From positions 76,083 through 140,082 of the forward strand of contig CAWKAR010000026.1 in assembly GCA_963847625.1 (NCBI GenBank): DNA of 64,000 bases. The letters are read 5' to 3'. This document shows positions 62,453 through 64,000 of this stretch, piece by piece (positions within the stretch are counted from its first letter, which is position 1; each line of letters begins with the position of its first letter). The stretch is from a candidate division FCPU426 bacterium. GTDB taxonomy: Bacteria > Oederibacteriota > Muellerivitia > Muellerivitales > Muellerivitaceae. The notes under the pieces were generated by a model. That model was given only the letters and a program-made list of their open reading frames with translations. It was not told the DNA's origin and ran no database searches. A program made the position numbers and the translations under genes.

Positions 62453-63661
62453 TTACCACGAGTGCATTGTTCCGTCGGCCTTGCGGTTCACCGGCAGGTA
62501 AGCGCGCTCGTAAGGGTGGCGGGCGGCCAGGGCCTCGTCGATCTCCACCCCCAGGCCGGGTTTCTCGCCCGGGTGCAGGTATCCGTCCTCGAAACGGTAG
62601 GCGTGGGGAAAGACCCGGTCGGTTTCCGCCGAATGGCGCATGTATTCCTGGATCCCGAAGTTGTGCACTGAAAGGTCGAAATGCAGCGCGGCCGCCATGG
62701 CGACCGGCGACAGGTCGGTGGCGCCGTGGCACCCGGTCCTGACGTGGTAAATCTCGGCCAGGGCCGCGATCTTCCGCAGGTGGGTGATCCCGCCGGCGTG
62801 CACCACCGTGGAGCGGATGTAGTCGATGAGCTGCTCCTGGATGAGCTGGCGGCAGTCGTAGATGGAGTTGAAAACCTCCCCCACCGCGAGGGGCGTGGTG
62901 GTGTGCCGGCGGATGATGCGGAAGCCCTCCTGCAGTTCGGCCGGGACAGGGTCCTCCAGCCAGAAGAGGCGGTAGGGTTCCAGGTCCTTCCCCAGCCGGG
63001 CGGCCTCGATGGGGGTCAGCCGGTGGTGGGCGTCGTGCAGCAAGTGCAAATCGTCGCCGTACTTTTTCCTCACCGCCTCAAACAAGCGCGGGACGGAAAG
63101 CATGTACTTTTGCGTGTCCCAAATGGTTTCCGGCGGCAGGCCCTTTTCGGCCGGTTCGTAGTGGTCCTTTCCGCGGCCCACGCCGTAGGTCATGGACAGG
63201 CCCGGCACTCCGGATTGGAGCCGCACCGCCTGGTAGCCGGCTTTCAAGTAATCGCCGACCGAGTCCAGGACTTCCTCCACCGTTTCCCCGCTAGCGTGCC
63301 CGTAGCAGAGAACCCCCTCGCGGGAGGCGCCCCCGAGGAGCTGGTAAAGGGGTTTCCCGGCCGACTTCCCCAGGATGTCCCAAAGCGCCATGTCCACCGC
63401 CGCGATGGCCGTCATGGTCACGGGCCCCAGGCGCCAATAAGCCCCTTTATATAGGTACTGCCAGGTGTCCTCGATGCGCCGGGCGTCCCGGCCGATCAGG
63501 CAGGGGATCACGTGCTCCGAAAGGTAGCTGGCCACGGCCAGTTCCCGTCCGTTGAGGGTGGCGTCCCCCAGGCCGTAGGACCCGTCCTCGGTCACCACCT
63601 TCAGGGTGACGAAATTACGGTCCGGACAGCAGACGATGACTTTGGCGCTTGTAATTTTCAT
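62453..63661 (-). CDS. rspA: D-mannonate dehydratase (RspA/ManD, enolase superfamily)
   Basis: [39 protein letters not shown] and HGATDLSP. Confidence 0.92.
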   Translation of the reverse strand: MKITSAKVIVCCPDRNFVTLKVVTEDGSYGLGDATLNGRELAVASYLSEHVIPCLIGRDARRIEDTWQYLYKGAYWRLGPVTMTAIAAVDMALWDILGKSAGKPLYQLLGGASREGVLCYGHASGETVEEVLDSVGDYLKAGYQAVRLQSGVPGLSMTYGVGRGKDHYEPAEKGLPPETIWDTQKYMLSVPRLFEAVRKKYGDDLHLLHDAHHRLTPIEAARLGKDLEPYRLFWLEDPVPAELQEGFRIIRRHTTTPLAVGEVFNSIYDCRQLIQEQLIDYIRSTVVHAGGITHLRKIAALAEIYHVRTGCHGATDLSPVAMAAALHFDLSVHNFGIQEYMRHSAETDRVFPHAYRFEDGYLHPGEKPGLGVEIDEALAARHPYERAYLPVNRKADGTMHSW

Positions 63662-63716
63662 GGGTTCCATTTCCAGGCGTTGGTGGGGCCGCGTCCCCGG
63701 GGATTTCTTGTGTTTC

Positions 63717-63745
63717 TTTATATAACACCGGATCAACCCCGTCAA
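63717..63745 (-). promoter_or_regulatory. Sigma-70-type promoter of the hexuronate cluster
   Basis: TTGACG-N17-TATAAA on the minus strand. Confidence 0.6.
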
Positions 63746-64000
63746 CAAAGGGCATGGTTATCGGTTTTTAGCGTTGAAATAACGCGCAGAGGTTCATAGT
63801 TCAAAGCCAGAAAAATAAGGGGTCAGATCACACGCACCGCAGCGTGCGATAGGGTACATATTACACTTTACGACAAAGATAGCATGTATGGGCCAGCAAC
63901 CTACGTAGTAGCTTTGATCAATAGTAGCTGATCAAAATAACGCGGGTTGCTCCTGGTAAGGAGCCTATCCGCATACGGAGGGCTGACCCATGGGAAATAA

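Overview
Chromosomal segment of a diderm bacterium (Lol, TamB and BamA genes together with McsA/McsB/ClpC; probably an uncultured lineage). Bases 1-44.6 kb are mostly housekeeping: a minus-strand purine cluster (purB-purS-purQ-purL-purF, then purM) split by a 3.5-kb insert, surE plus a short methionine synthase, a prfB-lysS-lolE-lolD-mcsA-mcsB-clpC-tamB-bamA cluster with a programmed frameshift in prfB, then pheT-zapB-zapA, glgP, 6S RNA, rarA, ygfA, a YmdB-like gene and hemL. The insert holds two paralogous micro-ORFs, an exported protein and a diguanylate cyclase. Bases 44.8-64 kb are accessory: a 1502-aa Thr/Pro-rich surface protein with a T9SS-type C-terminal signal, a GH3 beta-glucosidase, a DUF4403-like lipoprotein and a GC-rich hexuronate cluster. 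Three junctions of that cluster carry copies of an AT-rich palindromic repeat; one copy abuts an AT-rich two-gene islet interrupted by an intact IS30. No CRISPR array, rRNA or tRNA was seen. All calls rest on motif recognition and gene context; no database searches were run.
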